This document shows, piece by piece, positions 38,267 through 47,574 of a DNA stretch of 64,000 nucleotides. The translations under genes and the position numbers were made by a program. The stretch covers positions 26,978 through 90,977 of the forward strand of contig JAFUFH010000037.1 of NCBI GenBank assembly GCA_017470005.1. The letters are read 5' to 3'. Every line of letters starts with the position of its first letter. The first letter of the stretch is position 1. The DNA is from Bacilli bacterium (GTDB lineage: Bacteria; Bacillota_I; Bacilli_A; RFN20; CAG-288). Under the pieces are notes generated by a model. That model made no database searches. It was not told the DNA's origin and worked only from the letters and a program-made list of their open reading frames with translations.

Positions 38267-38292
38267 GTCGGGCAGTTTTTTCTCTGCCCGAC
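38267..38292 (-). terminator. Hairpin between the two lipoprotein genes (weak terminator)
   Basis: GTCGGGCAG-8 nt-CTGCCCGAC. The T-tract on the minus strand is poor. Confidence 0.4.
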
Positions 38293-38302
38293 ACTTTGCT
38301 TT

Positions 38303-40195
38303 TTAAAGTCCTAAAAGTGCATCAACAACGTTGTTCGCAGCATTACCGAAATTATCGATAGCGAAATAGTTAACGCCATAAGTATGTTCGGCAAGCTTAG
38401 AAGCATCGAATGGGGCGGCACCCATGGTTCCTTCGACCTTGGTAACGACGCCATCTTTCTTGGTGACAGAGAAACCAACTTGCACAACTTCGATACAATC
38501 GCTCACATCTTCAGGGGCATAATATTGAGTGAAATCATAATAGATTCTGAAGGATCTAGCGTTGTAGTATTTGGTGGATCTACCGCTCCAAATAGCAGAT
38601 TCTTCGGTACCGAAGGCATATTTCAAATCGGTATTTAAGCTGTCCACAGTAGAGAAGTATTTAGCAAATTCAGGTAAAGAAGTAGTTCCATCGGTTCCTT
38701 CTTCTTTGGTTGTGCTCCAGACGATGTTATCGGCAGTAGGAGTGACTCCTTCATTGGGTTCGTTGTATTCGAAGCGATAGATACCATCTGCTTTCTTTGC
38801 AAATCCGTAAGGCTTCTGTTCCCACTTATCTTCAGTGAGGTTGTTATAGGCATTTCTATAAGCCTCATTGCAATCATAGAAGACATAATTCGGATTGAAG
38901 TAAGTGGAGTATTTGCATTCCGTTTCATGATCCGGGAAGACAGAGTTACTTTGGATGTAGTTGTTTGTCTTTAAGGCAGCGACACCTTCTTCAAATTTAT
39001 CGCCTTGAACAGGTTTAGCAGCAGTGAAGCCTTCTAAAGTACCAATCTCATTGATTTCATCATCTAAGGTGGTCTTGTTGATATCACCCATGACAGCCAT
39101 GTAAGCTTCTCCACCTTCGGTCTCTAACATGATTTCAACGGTGTTTGCACCAGTGACAACGAAGGTAGTCTTAACCATGCCAGAGAGAGCATAGTAATAA
39201 GCTTCATTGATAGAAGAGACAGCAGAATCATAAGATTCTTTGTCAATCAACTGCCAGAGGATAGATTCCACATAGCAAGCGGCAATATCGGAAGGAAGAC
39301 CCGTCTCATCATCTAAGGCATAGCCTTCTAATTCATAGCGGTTATCTTCGCTCTTCTCATCGCTCAACCATTCTGGATTGATAGCATCATAAGAATAGAA
39401 CATACCGACTTCATCTGGTTGAATGGCTCCTTCTTTCATTCCCTTGAAGTTGCTAGCGTCTAATAAACCAGCGTTAGTTTGAACAAGAGGAGAATTCTCT
39501 GTGATGAATTTTCCGTTTTGTTTGACGATATAGACCACATCGCCATTTTCTGTGACTGTCTCACCATAGAAACGGTTCACCTTGTCATCTTTGACTTTAT
39601 AGATATCTCCACCATCGTAATCGGTGTGGACAATGGTATTCTCAGTGACATAGACAATACCAGTTTCTCCATCGATCTCTTCGATAGAAGTGTCGGCAGT
39701 ACCAGTGGTGATGGTGTAAGAATCCAATTCTTGGATGTTCTTGAAGACTTGTCTTAAGCTAGGTTTAGCGGGGATGACGGTGATGGTGACATCCTGCTTC
39801 TTGTTCGGATTAGCATTAGCGGAGATAGTAACAACCGTGCTACCTTCCTTTAAGCCTTTCACCGTACCTGTATTACCGCTTTGAGTAATAGAGATAATGG
39901 TTTCATCAAAGCCAAAATAAGTAACGCCTTTATCTTCCGATGCAGTCGTTCCAGAAACCATGACTTTGATAGAAATTTCCTGTCCAAGTTCTACTTCTCT
40001 TTTCGCGCTACCGCTCACTTTAAGTGTCACGTTATCGTTATAGCTGGTCTGAGGAGTAGTTTCTTCCGCGGTTGTGGTTGTAGTTGTAGTTGCCGGGGTA
40101 TTTGTGGTGGTAGGATTGACAGAGTCATTTCCTCCACAAGAGGTCAAAACCAAGAAAGAAAGTGCAATGACAGAAAGAGTTCTGATTTTTTTCAT
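38303..40195 (-). CDS. Surface lipoprotein, Big_2 Ig-like domain plus an uncharacterised domain (paralog B)
   Basis: MKKIRTLSVIALSFLVLTSC-GG and a Thr-rich linker. Big_2-like ...TVKGLKEGSTVVTISA... segment. Shares AINPEWL/AINPNWL and GLLDASNF/GLLNGDNF motifs with paralog A. Confidence 0.75.
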   Translation of the reverse strand: MKKIRTLSVIALSFLVLTSCGGNDSVNPTTTNTPATTTTTTTAEETTPQTSYNDNVTLKVSGSAKREVELGQEISIKVMVSGTTASEDKGVTYFGFDETIISITQSGNTGTVKGLKEGSTVVTISANANPNKKQDVTITVIPAKPSLRQVFKNIQELDSYTITTGTADTSIEEIDGETGIVYVTENTIVHTDYDGGDIYKVKDDKVNRFYGETVTENGDVVYIVKQNGKFITENSPLVQTNAGLLDASNFKGMKEGAIQPDEVGMFYSYDAINPEWLSDEKSEDNRYELEGYALDDETGLPSDIAACYVESILWQLIDKESYDSAVSSINEAYYYALSGMVKTTFVVTGANTVEIMLETEGGEAYMAVMGDINKTTLDDEINEIGTLEGFTAAKPVQGDKFEEGVAALKTNNYIQSNSVFPDHETECKYSTYFNPNYVFYDCNEAYRNAYNNLTEDKWEQKPYGFAKKADGIYRFEYNEPNEGVTPTADNIVWSTTKEEGTDGTTSLPEFAKYFSTVDSLNTDLKYAFGTEESAIWSGRSTKYYNARSFRIYYDFTQYYAPEDVSDCIEVVQVGFSVTKKDGVVTKVEGTMGAAPFDASKLAEHTYGVNYFAIDNFGNAANNVVDALLGL

Positions 40196-40380
40196 AAAAA
40201 GGTTCTCCTTTCAGAATATAGAGACTATTTTACTAAACTATATATATAAATAAGAATGTTTTTTAAGAAAATTTCAATCTTTCGTTTTTCTTCATATTTG
40301 TCTTTCTTCTTTCTAGTTTTATAATTTTTTTCTAATTTAGTTCCTAATTTTTGGATATTTCAATGTTTCTTTTTTAAAAA

Positions 40381-40394
40381 TGTAAACGCTACCA
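40381..40394. promoter_or_regulatory. cre-like box TGTAAACGCTACCA upstream of lipoprotein paralog B
   Basis: The 17-mer AATGTAAACGCTACCAT is identical to the one at 38250. Lies 186 nt upstream of ATG 40195. Confidence 0.5.
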
Positions 40395-40477
40395 TTTCTT
40401 AAAATCTCGCATTATTCTCTCTTTTCTTCTCTCTTTGGACACTTTATTTCAAAAAGAGATAGAGAGAAATAGAAGCA

Positions 40478-40722
40478 AAAATAAAAGACGGCCTCCCTCC
40501 CGAAGAAAGCCGCTAAGGTCGCAGGCTCCGCCAAGCTGTTGCGACTGATATATTCCATGTTCAGCAATGGAACGTGCTACTCCGAAAAGGAGTGACACCA
40601 CTATTTTAGAACAGTCATTCATTAATTCCAAGTGCCGAAGTTTCGACATATCTTTTGCCATGGCAAAAGATATGGGAATGATATAGACACAATTCAATCA
40701 ATTAATGCTTGACGAAGCTTAT
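40478..40722 (-). ncRNA. Candidate structured ncRNA (class unknown) with its own intrinsic terminator
   Basis: Lies between the oppF terminator and the promoter region of the next gene. An 11-bp closing stem pairs 40707-40718 with 40526-40536. At least 5 internal hairpins, including a 28-nt perfect palindrome at 40647-40674. A 3' hairpin at 40489-40512 is followed by UCUUUUAUUUUU. Confidence 0.35.
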
Positions 40723-40740
40723 CCAATTTTTGTCATTAAT

Positions 40741-40791
40741 TAAAAAGAGCTGTTGTTCAACCCACATTAGTTATGTAGGTTTTTCAACAGC
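40741..40791 (-). terminator. Intrinsic terminator after oppF
   Basis: Minus strand GCTGTTGAAAAACCTACAT-AACTA-ATGTGGGTTGAACAACAGC followed by TCTTTTTAATT. Confidence 0.75.
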
Positions 40792-40798
40792 CCCTTCA

Positions 40799-42667
40799 TT
40801 AATACTCCGTTCCTTGTTCTTCAGCGGCGCGAGCTTTTTGTTCGTTGAGGATATCATCCTCTTTAATCATAGCTCTATACTTCTCCATTTCTTCGCTATT
40901 AGCTAAGACGAAGTGACCAGGAAGAATCTCTTGGAACTTCGGTTTTTCTTTGGAGTAGTCATGAGCTTCACTAGGACGATAGATGATTCTCTTTCTCTTC
41001 TTTTCGGAATAAGGATCCGGTTTAGGAATAGCAGAGAGAAGGGCTCTCGTATACGGGTGTAAGGGGTGAGCAAACAATTCATCACTGCTTGCCATTTCCA
41101 CCATTTCACCAAAGTACATAACAGCGATTCTATCGCAGAAGTATTTGACGACGGACAAATCGTGGGCGATGAACATCAATGTCAATCCGTGATTGACCTT
41201 GAGGTCATTAAGTAAGTTGATGATCTGAGCACGAATGGAGACATCCAAAGCAGAAATAGGTTCATCGCAGATCATGAATTCAGGGTTCATAACAACAGCA
41301 CGGGCGATACCGATACGCTGTCTTTGACCGCCAGAGAACTCGTTAGGATAACGAGAACAATAATCTGCAATCAAGCCGACTTCCTCTAAGACTTTACAAG
41401 CCTTTTGATGGTTTTCAGCACGATTTCTGAAGCCTTGAATCTTAAGACCTTCTTGAATGATGTCTTCGACAGTCATTCTGGGATCGAGAGAGTCGATCGG
41501 GTCTTGGAAGATCATTTGCATCTTAGACATGAGGTGACGATTGACATGGCTGTCATCGTATTTGATCTGTCTAATTTTGGCTTTTTGGAATGCAGTCCAT
41601 TCTTTTTGTTTGGTCTGAAGATCTAAGATTTCCTTATCGTACTTTGCTTTGATCTTGGCTAATTCATCCTTCCCTTCTTCAGAGAAGTTGGTCCATTCAC
41701 TAACCACCTCATTTAAATCCGATTTCAGTTGTTTAATCTTATTTTTGGTATGGATAGTAGACCATTTGATTTCTTTCTCATTCCATCTAGAACCAGCGGC
41801 GATACGATAGCCTTTGAAGTAGATAGAACCAGAAGTGACATGATGCAAACGGATGACAGAACGTCCTGTTGTGGTTTTACCGCAACCGGATTCACCCACC
41901 AAACCGAAGCATTCACCTTTCTTGATATCGAAGGAAACATCGTGAACAGCTTTCAATTTCTTACTAGGTCCCATAGGGAAGAACATCTTGAGATGTCTCA
42001 CCGATAAGATGATATTGTTATCGACTAATTCTTGTTTGAATTTGACATTGGTGTTGTCATCCATTGCTTTGACATAGAAGACAAAGTAATTGACAACGAT
42101 CAAGGCGGCAGCAAGCAAGAGTACAATGGCACCAATAATAGAGAAGATACTAGGTGTATAGATTTCTCTTGTATAGGTATCGCTTTGTCCTCCAGACACT
42201 AAGGTATTTCTACCAGAGAGAGGAGAAGCGAGAACAAAGACCGTTCCAGCGATTACAAAGAAAGCGGCAGCAAAGAAGGAAAGAGAGTATTTTTCTTCTG
42301 TGAGATAGGTGTAAATGACCATTGCGATACCAGCGATCAACAAGATGAAAGCAATCAAGACTGCAGGAGCAATTTGAATGGCTTGTGTGGTATCAATTGG
42401 CACGCCATTGGTCGTTTTCACAAAGGCGATAACACCAGAGAAAGCTAATTGGAAACCAGTGATAGAGTAGTTATAACTGATTTGCATGTATCCTTCTGCT
42501 ACCGATTCATCTAAGTATCTGGTAGCGTAGGTCATGTCGATGAATGGGAAGACCATCATAACGATGGCGACAACGACGAAGAGGAGAGAGACACCTAACA
42601 TCCAATATTTTTTGACATTGGATAAGATGTTTTTCCAAGGATTATACACGTTATGAGCATTATTCAT
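40799..42667 (-). CDS. oppF: Oligopeptide ABC transporter ATP-binding protein OppF, fused to an N-terminal multi-TM domain of about 230 aa
   Basis: Walker A GESGCGKTT, LSGGQRQR and the C-terminal oligo_HPY region. ATG 42667 follows AAGGAGGA and overlaps the oppD stop by 8 nt. About 5 hydrophobic segments precede the NBD. Confidence 0.85.
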   Translation of the reverse strand: MNNAHNVYNPWKNILSNVKKYWMLGVSLLFVVVAIVMMVFPFIDMTYATRYLDESVAEGYMQISYNYSITGFQLAFSGVIAFVKTTNGVPIDTTQAIQIAPAVLIAFILLIAGIAMVIYTYLTEEKYSLSFFAAAFFVIAGTVFVLASPLSGRNTLVSGGQSDTYTREIYTPSIFSIIGAIVLLLAAALIVVNYFVFYVKAMDDNTNVKFKQELVDNNIILSVRHLKMFFPMGPSKKLKAVHDVSFDIKKGECFGLVGESGCGKTTTGRSVIRLHHVTSGSIYFKGYRIAAGSRWNEKEIKWSTIHTKNKIKQLKSDLNEVVSEWTNFSEEGKDELAKIKAKYDKEILDLQTKQKEWTAFQKAKIRQIKYDDSHVNRHLMSKMQMIFQDPIDSLDPRMTVEDIIQEGLKIQGFRNRAENHQKACKVLEEVGLIADYCSRYPNEFSGGQRQRIGIARAVVMNPEFMICDEPISALDVSIRAQIINLLNDLKVNHGLTLMFIAHDLSVVKYFCDRIAVMYFGEMVEMASSDELFAHPLHPYTRALLSAIPKPDPYSEKKRKRIIYRPSEAHDYSKEKPKFQEILPGHFVLANSEEMEKYRAMIKEDDILNEQKARAAEEQGTEY

Positions 42668-44369
42668 GTTCGGTATCCTCCTTTCTTTCTTCAAGTAATC
42701 CATCAACAAGTCCCTTAGCTAACTCTTCTTTTTGAGTTTCTTTCTTCGCTTTAGCGATAGAAGCTTTGATACGCTGAGACACGATACGAGGTTTCTCGGT
42801 TTGAGGAGCTCTCTTATCTAAGAGCCATGTGGCTGCAAAGTGCGTGTCCGTGATCTTAAAGTAAGGGGGTTCTTGTTGGAAATCAATTGCCATAGCATAC
42901 TTATTTCTAGCAGCGAAGGCATCTCCTTTAGGAGGATTGAGCAAATACGGAGGAGTTCCAGGAATCGCTTCTAACTTTTCGTGAGAATCAATATCCGGGA
43001 TGGAAGAGAGAAGTGCCCAAGTATAGGGGTGTTTGGGATCGTAGAAGATTTCCTCATCGGTTCCGACTTCCACAATCTTACCCGCATACATAACCGCAAC
43101 TCTATCTGCCATATTTGCGACAACACCCAAATCGTGGGTGATGAAGATGATAGACATGTTACGTTCCGCCTTGAGCTTGTTGATCAATTCCAAGATTTGC
43201 GCTTGGATGGTAACATCTAAGGCGGTAGTAGGTTCGTCACAGATGAGAACTTCAGGGTTCGCAGTCAAGGCGATAGCGATAACAATTCTTTGTCTCATAC
43301 CGCCAGAGAACTCGAAGGGATATTGGTTGTAACGAACTTCAGGTTGAGGAATACCGACCTCCGCCATAACCTTTAAGGCAGTGGCTTTGGCCTGTTGTTT
43401 ACTGATTTTGAAGAGAGCTTGATACTGTTGTTTTCTGATCTCCATCTTCTTTTGGATTTCAGCAGTTTTATTTTCGTCATTCTTGACGTTTTCAAGCTCA
43501 TGTTGCAAAGCGGCCATATCTTTATCAAACAAAGCTTTTTGTTCGATTTTATAAGCTTCAATCTCTGTCTTAGCTTCGACTTTTCTCTTCTTGAGATTTT
43601 CTAACAAGGCAGGTTTATTCTTCTTATATTCGGCGTCCGCTTGTGCTTTGATTTGCTTTGCTTCCTGAGCAAGGCGTTTGTGTTCTTCTGCTTTTTGCTT
43701 CTTTAAGGCCTGAACTTTTCCAGGTTTTTCCTGTTGAAGTCTCTTGATCTTTTCGTTGCAAGCAGCAATCTTTTCGGCATCGTTTTTCAATTCCGCCTCA
43801 TCTTTTTCGAAGATAGCTTCATCGATTTCTCTTGTGAGAGCGTAGATTTCTTTTTCGAACTTTTCATCGCTATTTTCAATCATGCGCTCCGCTCTTTGAT
43901 AAGCAGCCTTCTTTTTGGCTTCATTATTCTTAAGAGCGGCTTCTTCTTTAGAAATTAAGGCATCATATTTTCTCTTCATCAAATCGGAGTTGATCAACAT
44001 CGCTTCCGTGATTTGTTTTCCTACCCTCATGATAGGGTTGAGAGAAGAGAGAGGATCTTGGAAGACCATACCGATCTTATGACCACGAATTCTGTGGAAT
44101 TCGCTCTCATCGACCTTGGTTAAGTCTTCTCCTTCATACATGACACTTCCGTTTTCAATGACCGCATTGGCGGAAAGAATGCCCATGATGGTCTTAGAAG
44201 TGACGGATTTGCCAGAGCCGGATTCACCGACGATACATAAGGTTTCTCCTTTGTACAAATCGAAGGAGACACCACGAACTGCATGTACTAATCCATCATC
44301 TGTTTTGAAAGAGACATGGAGATTATTCACCGCTAAAATCGGTGCTGTATTTCTATTGATGTGATCCAT
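42660..44369 (-). CDS. oppD: Oligopeptide ABC transporter ATP-binding protein OppD with a Lys/Glu coiled-coil insertion of about 210 aa
   Basis: Walker A GESGSGKSV, Q-loop MVFQDP and FSGGMRQR. The insertion KRKYDALISKEE...QQAKATALKVM lies between the Q-loop and the signature motif. Confidence 0.9.
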   Translation of the reverse strand: MDHINRNTAPILAVNNLHVSFKTDDGLVHAVRGVSFDLYKGETLCIVGESGSGKSVTSKTIMGILSANAVIENGSVMYEGEDLTKVDESEFHRIRGHKIGMVFQDPLSSLNPIMRVGKQITEAMLINSDLMKRKYDALISKEEAALKNNEAKKKAAYQRAERMIENSDEKFEKEIYALTREIDEAIFEKDEAELKNDAEKIAACNEKIKRLQQEKPGKVQALKKQKAEEHKRLAQEAKQIKAQADAEYKKNKPALLENLKKRKVEAKTEIEAYKIEQKALFDKDMAALQHELENVKNDENKTAEIQKKMEIRKQQYQALFKISKQQAKATALKVMAEVGIPQPEVRYNQYPFEFSGGMRQRIVIAIALTANPEVLICDEPTTALDVTIQAQILELINKLKAERNMSIIFITHDLGVVANMADRVAVMYAGKIVEVGTDEEIFYDPKHPYTWALLSSIPDIDSHEKLEAIPGTPPYLLNPPKGDAFAARNKYAMAIDFQQEPPYFKITDTHFAATWLLDKRAPQTEKPRIVSQRIKASIAKAKKETQKEELAKGLVDGLLEERKEDTEHE

Positions 44370-44370
44370 A

Positions 44371-46503
44371 TCAGTCTTGTCCTTTCAATGATGGGTTGAA
44401 AGCATCTCTGAGACCATTACCAAACAAGTTGAAGCAGATCATCAACATAGAGATGATGATGGCAGGGATGATGAGTTGGTTTGGATAGACAGAGAGATTC
44501 TTCTGTGTGTCAGAAAGGATGACGCCTAAAGAGTCAAGGTTCTGTAAGCCCAAGCCCAAATAAGAGATGGTTGCTTCAGAGAAGATGACACCGGGAATCA
44601 TAAGGATAGAACGAGTGATGATGGTACCGACAGCGTTAGGTAAGATGTGACGGAAGATGAGTCGAGGAGCACGGGCGCCTAACGTTCTTGAGGCAAGAAC
44701 ATATTCTCGACCTCTATATCGGTAGAATTGAGATCTTGTCGTCGAAGAAGTTCCAATCCAACCAGTCAAACAAAGAGCGAGAGCAAAGACGAAGAAGTTT
44801 TGACCTAATTGGAGAGTTAAGACAGTCATTAAGACAATCCACGGAATACCACCTAAGATATCGGTGAGACGTTCCATGACGATATCGACTGTTCCACCAT
44901 AGTAACCGGAGATAGAACCCCAGATAACACCGATGATGATGTTGATGGCGGCGACAATAATACCTAAGATCAAAGAAGTTCTAAGACCAGAGAAGACATA
45001 CTTGAGCATATCTTTTCCGTCTTTTTCTGTACCGAAGAGGTGGATAGGCATCGTCTTATAACCTAATTTCTTATAACGGATAATGGTACCCGTCATGGTA
45101 TAGATGATACCTTGTTTGTCACTGATAGTTTCGGTTTGACCCGTGATTTCCGTGACATAGACCTCTCCAGATGCTTGTCCTTTTTCCGTGATCTTGAAGG
45201 TGGATGGAGCATCCGCTGCAGTGTAATCATATTCGATATATCCTAAGTTGATCCACTTGTTCAATTCGGACATGGAGATCTGTTCGTTCTTAGAAATACC
45301 ATATTGAATATTGTATTGATCGTAAGTGATATCGCAACGAGTGACGAAAGCTTCCGTACAAGTGGTACCACCGTTTGCGGCAGCTTTCCAGTAACTGATG
45401 TTGGCAGAGCCATCGTCTTTTTTCACCTTTTGGAGAAGGAGTTCGTTAGCATCTTCAATCAAAGAGTTACTTCCACCAAAGGATCTGGCTCTGAGAGCAC
45501 TTCTTTGGCTAGCGTTGAGAGGAGAACCGTCGTTCTTGGTTCCTGTGATTTCGAATTTTTGAATGTAAATGGCAGTTTTGGCATCAGGATTAGAAGTAAA
45601 ACTGAATCCTAAGCTGAACTTTGTACCAGTCTCTGCAGTAGAGATACCAGCAGTTTCCATTTGTTCATTGATAGAGAATGTCATATCCGCGTGAGGAGTG
45701 ACATAGGCTTTTTCTTTCTTTTCTTCTGCAGAACCATATTCTTTGGTCGGAGCAGTGAGATCATAAATATCTCCCGTAGAGGTATAAATGATCAAAGACC
45801 AGTCAGGAGTGGCAAAGCCTTCTCTATCATCCCAAGTACCTAATTTGAAGGTGACGTTGTATTTGTTGGCGGTGAGGTTGAAATCGAAGGGTTCGGAGAA
45901 GAAGTAATAACCTTCTTCATTTTCTGCAGGATTCTTGATGGCAGTAGCATAACCACCTTTTCCATCCGCAGCAGCATAATCGCCATAATCTTGGCGAACG
46001 TTCTCTACTTTGACAATAGAAGCAGGATCATCTTCTTCGCCGATGTAGATCTTGTTTCCATTCTCATCTAAGATATCTTTTCCATTCTCGTCAACTGCGT
46101 AAGGATAAGCGACATTCTTGATGAGTCTAGTACCATCCCACCATCCAGTACCTGCGGCAAATAACTTCATCGGAAGGTTGGTTTCATACTGGTTGATACC
46201 TTCGATATCGCCAGGAATGAAATCCATCGGGATGATGAGGGCGCATAAGAAGAGGAATCCTAAGATGATACCGCCGACGACAGAAGATTTGTTCTTCGCG
46301 AATCTGCGCATAGCATCTTTAAAGAATGTGGTAGGTTTGGTTGTGAATTTTGTGTCGTGAATAGAGGCGTCTTGTTGAACGAATTTGAATTGAGAAGAAT
46401 CGGCACTGTTCCCGTAGTTATCCTTTCCTTCTTCCCCCATGTCGAAGACAAGAGAAGCATCACGTTCTGTTTCTTGTAAATTCTTGTTTTCTAAATCGCT
46501 CAT
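44371..46503 (-). CDS. oppC: Oligopeptide ABC transporter permease OppC with an extracytoplasmic insertion of about 400 aa after TM1
   Basis: 710 aa. The C-terminal 230 aa form a BPD_transp_1 core (SGLRTSLILGI..., EATISYLGLG). ATGA overlap with oppB. Confidence 0.85.
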   Translation of the reverse strand: MSDLENKNLQETERDASLVFDMGEEGKDNYGNSADSSQFKFVQQDASIHDTKFTTKPTTFFKDAMRRFAKNKSSVVGGIILGFLFLCALIIPMDFIPGDIEGINQYETNLPMKLFAAGTGWWDGTRLIKNVAYPYAVDENGKDILDENGNKIYIGEEDDPASIVKVENVRQDYGDYAAADGKGGYATAIKNPAENEEGYYFFSEPFDFNLTANKYNVTFKLGTWDDREGFATPDWSLIIYTSTGDIYDLTAPTKEYGSAEEKKEKAYVTPHADMTFSINEQMETAGISTAETGTKFSLGFSFTSNPDAKTAIYIQKFEITGTKNDGSPLNASQRSALRARSFGGSNSLIEDANELLLQKVKKDDGSANISYWKAAANGGTTCTEAFVTRCDITYDQYNIQYGISKNEQISMSELNKWINLGYIEYDYTAADAPSTFKITEKGQASGEVYVTEITGQTETISDKQGIIYTMTGTIIRYKKLGYKTMPIHLFGTEKDGKDMLKYVFSGLRTSLILGIIVAAINIIIGVIWGSISGYYGGTVDIVMERLTDILGGIPWIVLMTVLTLQLGQNFFVFALALCLTGWIGTSSTTRSQFYRYRGREYVLASRTLGARAPRLIFRHILPNAVGTIITRSILMIPGVIFSEATISYLGLGLQNLDSLGVILSDTQKNLSVYPNQLIIPAIIISMLMICFNLFGNGLRDAFNPSLKGQD

Positions 46504-47546
46504 GATGCTTTAGCTCCCATTCTGATACGGGGATCGATGATACCATAGGAAAGGTCAACCAACAAATTGGCAACCAAACCGATCATGGTATACAAAGCCA
46601 TATCGACTAATAAGACATTCCAGTCCTTGTAACGGATACATTCGACAAACAAAGATCCGATGCCAGGAATGCTATACAACTGCTCTAAAACCATAGAACC
46701 GGAGAGAATACCGACGAATTCGCCGATAATCATGGGAACGATCGGAACCATGGAATTACGTAAAGCGTGACGAACAATACATTGGCTCTTAGTCAAGCCT
46801 TTGGTTCTTGCTAAAAGCAAGAATTCACTGGACATAACTTCGGTCAATTCTGCTCTTGTGTATCTGGTGAAACCAGCGACAGTACCAAAGGAAAGGGCAA
46901 GAACAGGGATGACCATGGCGCGAGCAAATTGTTCGATTGGTGCGCCAGATTGTGGCCAGGTAGAAGGTAAGAGATTGGTGTTATAAGCTAAGATCAACAT
47001 CAAGACAGAGATGACGACGAAGGAAGGGACAGAGATCATGACCATAACCAATGTGGATAAGAAGTGATCCGGAGCTTTGTTTTTATTCAAAGCAGCGATG
47101 ATACCAAAGACAAATCCTAAAGGAACGGAGATGATCATTGTGAAGATATTGATAATAACGGTAGGACCCATACGTTGACCAATGATAGTCATAGCAGAAG
47201 CGGAAGGCTGTAAGGCACTAGAAAGACCCCAGTTCCACTGAGTGAAAATACCAGAGAGCCAAGCAAAATATTGCTCAATGATGGGTTTCTTATAGAAGTA
47301 ATGCAAGACACCGGCGACTTCTTTCTGTAAGAGATAGTTGCCGAGTTCTGGTCTTTCTATAATTGAATCGATGTAATAACCAAGTCCAACTTGGTCCATG
47401 CAGAAGGCATATTGCGCATCCTCGTTTCCCGCGATCACCCCGTTTGGCAACATCTTAACCAAGATGAATGTCAAAGTCAGGATGACAAACGCGGTAACAA
47501 GCATGAGTGCAATACGCTTCAGCGCGTATTTCACAATATAAGGCAT
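46500..47546 (-). CDS. oppB: Oligopeptide ABC transporter permease OppB
   Basis: 348 aa. MPYIVKYALKRI... N-terminus and EAA-like region (ARTKGLTKSQCIVRHALRNS). Confidence 0.9.
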   Translation of the reverse strand: MPYIVKYALKRIALMLVTAFVILTLTFILVKMLPNGVIAGNEDAQYAFCMDQVGLGYYIDSIIERPELGNYLLQKEVAGVLHYFYKKPIIEQYFAWLSGIFTQWNWGLSSALQPSASAMTIIGQRMGPTVIINIFTMIISVPLGFVFGIIAALNKNKAPDHFLSTLVMVMISVPSFVVISVLMLILAYNTNLLPSTWPQSGAPIEQFARAMVIPVLALSFGTVAGFTRYTRAELTEVMSSEFLLLARTKGLTKSQCIVRHALRNSMVPIVPMIIGEFVGILSGSMVLEQLYSIPGIGSLFVECIRYKDWNVLLVDMALYTMIGLVANLLVDLSYGIIDPRIRMGAKAS

Positions 47547-47574
47547 TTTAAGAAAATTTCGTATCTACTAAGAC

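Noticed and set aside
40449-40697. 82-aa ORF on the minus strand in the oppF-lipoprotein spacer.
   Set aside because: It has no Shine-Dalgarno sequence. It runs straight through a 28-nt perfect palindrome and several other hairpins and ends inside a terminator hairpin. A structured RNA explains the region better.
40478-40722. Identity of the candidate ncRNA as RNase P RNA, tmRNA, SRP RNA, 6S RNA, T-box or twister ribozyme.
   Set aside because: There is no GAGGAAAGUCC or ACAGAA..GGCUUA (RNase P). There is no GGGG...UCGAAUCCC..CCA acceptor-like end (tmRNA) and no GGAAGCAGCC (SRP). The fold is multi-branched rather than a rod (6S). AGUGGUGUCAC only weakly resembles the T-box core GGUGGUACCGCG and lies too far from the terminator. 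The GGGAGGGAGGCC resemblance to twister is isolated.
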